From an uncultured Planctomycetota bacterium (lineage in GTDB: Bacteria > Planctomycetota > Phycisphaerae > Tepidisphaerales > Tepidisphaeraceae): a DNA stretch of 64,000 nt. The notes below the pieces were generated by a model that had not been told where the DNA came from, did no database searches, and saw only the letters and a program-made list of their open reading frames with translations. The DNA is taken from contig CAWJEN010000006.1 of assembly GCA_963841915.1 (NCBI GenBank), forward strand, positions 672,001 to 736,000, in the 5' to 3' direction. The translations under genes and the position numbers were made by a program. This document shows positions 62,844 to 64,000 of the stretch, piece by piece; position 1 is the stretch's first letter, and each line of letters opens with the position of its first letter.

Positions 62844-63614
62844 ATGCACAAATGTCTACTTCCCGCCGTCACTGCCGTCGCTCTTGTCGCGGGCGGTTGC
62901 GCTTCGAGTGGCTTCTCACCCCGCGAGTCGAGCGGCCGCGACGTCACCGCCTACATGAGCGCCGTCGAGCTTCGCCCGCAGTCGAACGTGATGAACGACT
63001 TGACCGCCAGCGGTGACAGGTCGTCGGCCAAGCCGATCCAACTTCCTGCGTCGATCGCCGTCGCGCAAGTGGGTGAAGTCGCACCGTCGGACGAGATGCT
63101 CGAGGCGCTCGAGAACGAGCCGGCCTTGTTCAGCAACGTCCAGCCGATCGGCGGCACCACGCCGCTGCAGCAGTACAGGAGCAGCGACGTCGTCGGAAAC
63201 CACCTTGACAAGATGGTCGGTCTCGCCCGCAACGTCGGGGCCGATTACCTCGTCGTCTACGGCGGCACGATCGATCAGTACGACCGCAGAGAGCCGTGGC
63301 GGGTGCTGGACCTGGCGATCCTGCCCGCGTTCGTGTTGCCGAGCAACAAACTCACCGCCGACGCACGGTCTAGTGCGTTTATTCTCGAAACGAGCAGCGG
63401 GCGACTTGTCGGCACAACCAGCGCCGCCTCCAGCGACTCCACGTGGTCGTCCACGGTTGCCCTGCGTGGCAAGGGCGTCGACCAGATGCGGCACCTTCGC
63501 GACGAAACGGTTGAGGAACTAACCGGCCGGCTTATCACGAGGTTCAAGACCGCCGCCGGTCAGGCCGCGTCGGGTGCGGGGGCACCGAGTGATGAGACCA
63601 TCGCGGCCCGATGA
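62844..63614 (+). CDS. hypothetical lipoprotein
   Basis: signal peptide ending AGG-C; divergent from the enhancer-binding protein gene. Confidence 0.75.
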   Translation: MHKCLLPAVTAVALVAGGCASSGFSPRESSGRDVTAYMSAVELRPQSNVMNDLTASGDRSSAKPIQLPASIAVAQVGEVAPSDEMLEALENEPALFSNVQPIGGTTPLQQYRSSDVVGNHLDKMVGLARNVGADYLVVYGGTIDQYDRREPWRVLDLAILPAFVLPSNKLTADARSSAFILETSSGRLVGTTSAASSDSTWSSTVALRGKGVDQMRHLRDETVEELTGRLITRFKTAAGQAASGAGAPSDETIAAR

Positions 63615-63639
63615 GGCGTCGGTTGGCCTGGCGACAGTT

Positions 63640-63999
63640 TCACAAGGTGACCGGCCTGGTCGAGCGTGAGTTCGACCGGGCCGGCCGCTTTTGCTTGACG
63701 TGCACCTGCATCAGCCACGGGAAGCGCTCGCTGTGCAGACGATGCAGGCGGCCGATCGCGGCCAAGGCCAAGTGGCCGACGAAGATCGCCACCGCCACAA
63801 CGCCATACGTCAAAGCTTGCGCAGTGCTTACCGGCAGTGGAGCGGCGGGCCGGATGAGACTGCGGCCGAAGATTGACTGAATCGACTCGGCCATCGCAAC
63901 CGCGGCAACGACATGGGCAACAACTGCCGCCACGAGCAGGGCGAGAGCGAGCGCGTAGTCCCGGCCGCAGACCCGAATGAGGCCGACAAGCCGATGCGG
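63640..63999 (-). CDS. hypothetical membrane protein, 5'-partial
   Basis: frame open to the window end; two hydrophobic helices. Confidence 0.5.
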   Translation of the reverse strand, partial: PHRLVGLIRVCGRDYALALALLVAAVVAHVVAAVAMAESIQSIFGRSLIRPAAPLPVSTAQALTYGVVAVAIFVGHLALAAIGRLHRLHSERFPWLMQVHVKQKRPARSNSRSTRPVTL

Positions 64000-64000
64000 C

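Overview
GC-rich bacterial chromosome segment, most consistent with a Planctomycetota (Phycisphaerae-like) genome. The lineage is inferred from four PEP-CTERM genes, multiple sulfatases, a [10 protein letters not shown] prepilin, a Sua5-LMWPTP fusion and a CPxCGYDVRATPDRCPECG zinc ribbon. Housekeeping genes (rph, truA, aroG-type DAHP synthase, aspS, sdhA, recR, tyrA, accA, rpiB, mug, pcrA, ggt) flank a ~20 kb sulfated-glycan utilisation cluster at 13.1-33.6 kb. The cluster holds four sulfatases, a GH78, a clan GH-A hydrolase, a DUF5722-like protein, a GPH-family MFS transporter, a GntR/LacI regulator, a prepilin and two PEP-CTERM proteins. The strongest non-coding signals are (1) five parS-consensus palindromes, four of them in two diverged copies of a ~150 bp twin-parS cassette placed inverted 49 kb apart, and (2) a recurring TGGACTAGTCCA-like palindrome upstream of five genes of the glycan cluster. 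Two cluster genes are frameshifted. A lower-GC islet at 57.5-59.5 kb carries a membrane ORF with an in-frame TGA. No rRNA, tRNA, CRISPR array, integrase or transposase was seen. All family assignments come from motif recognition by eye, not database searches.
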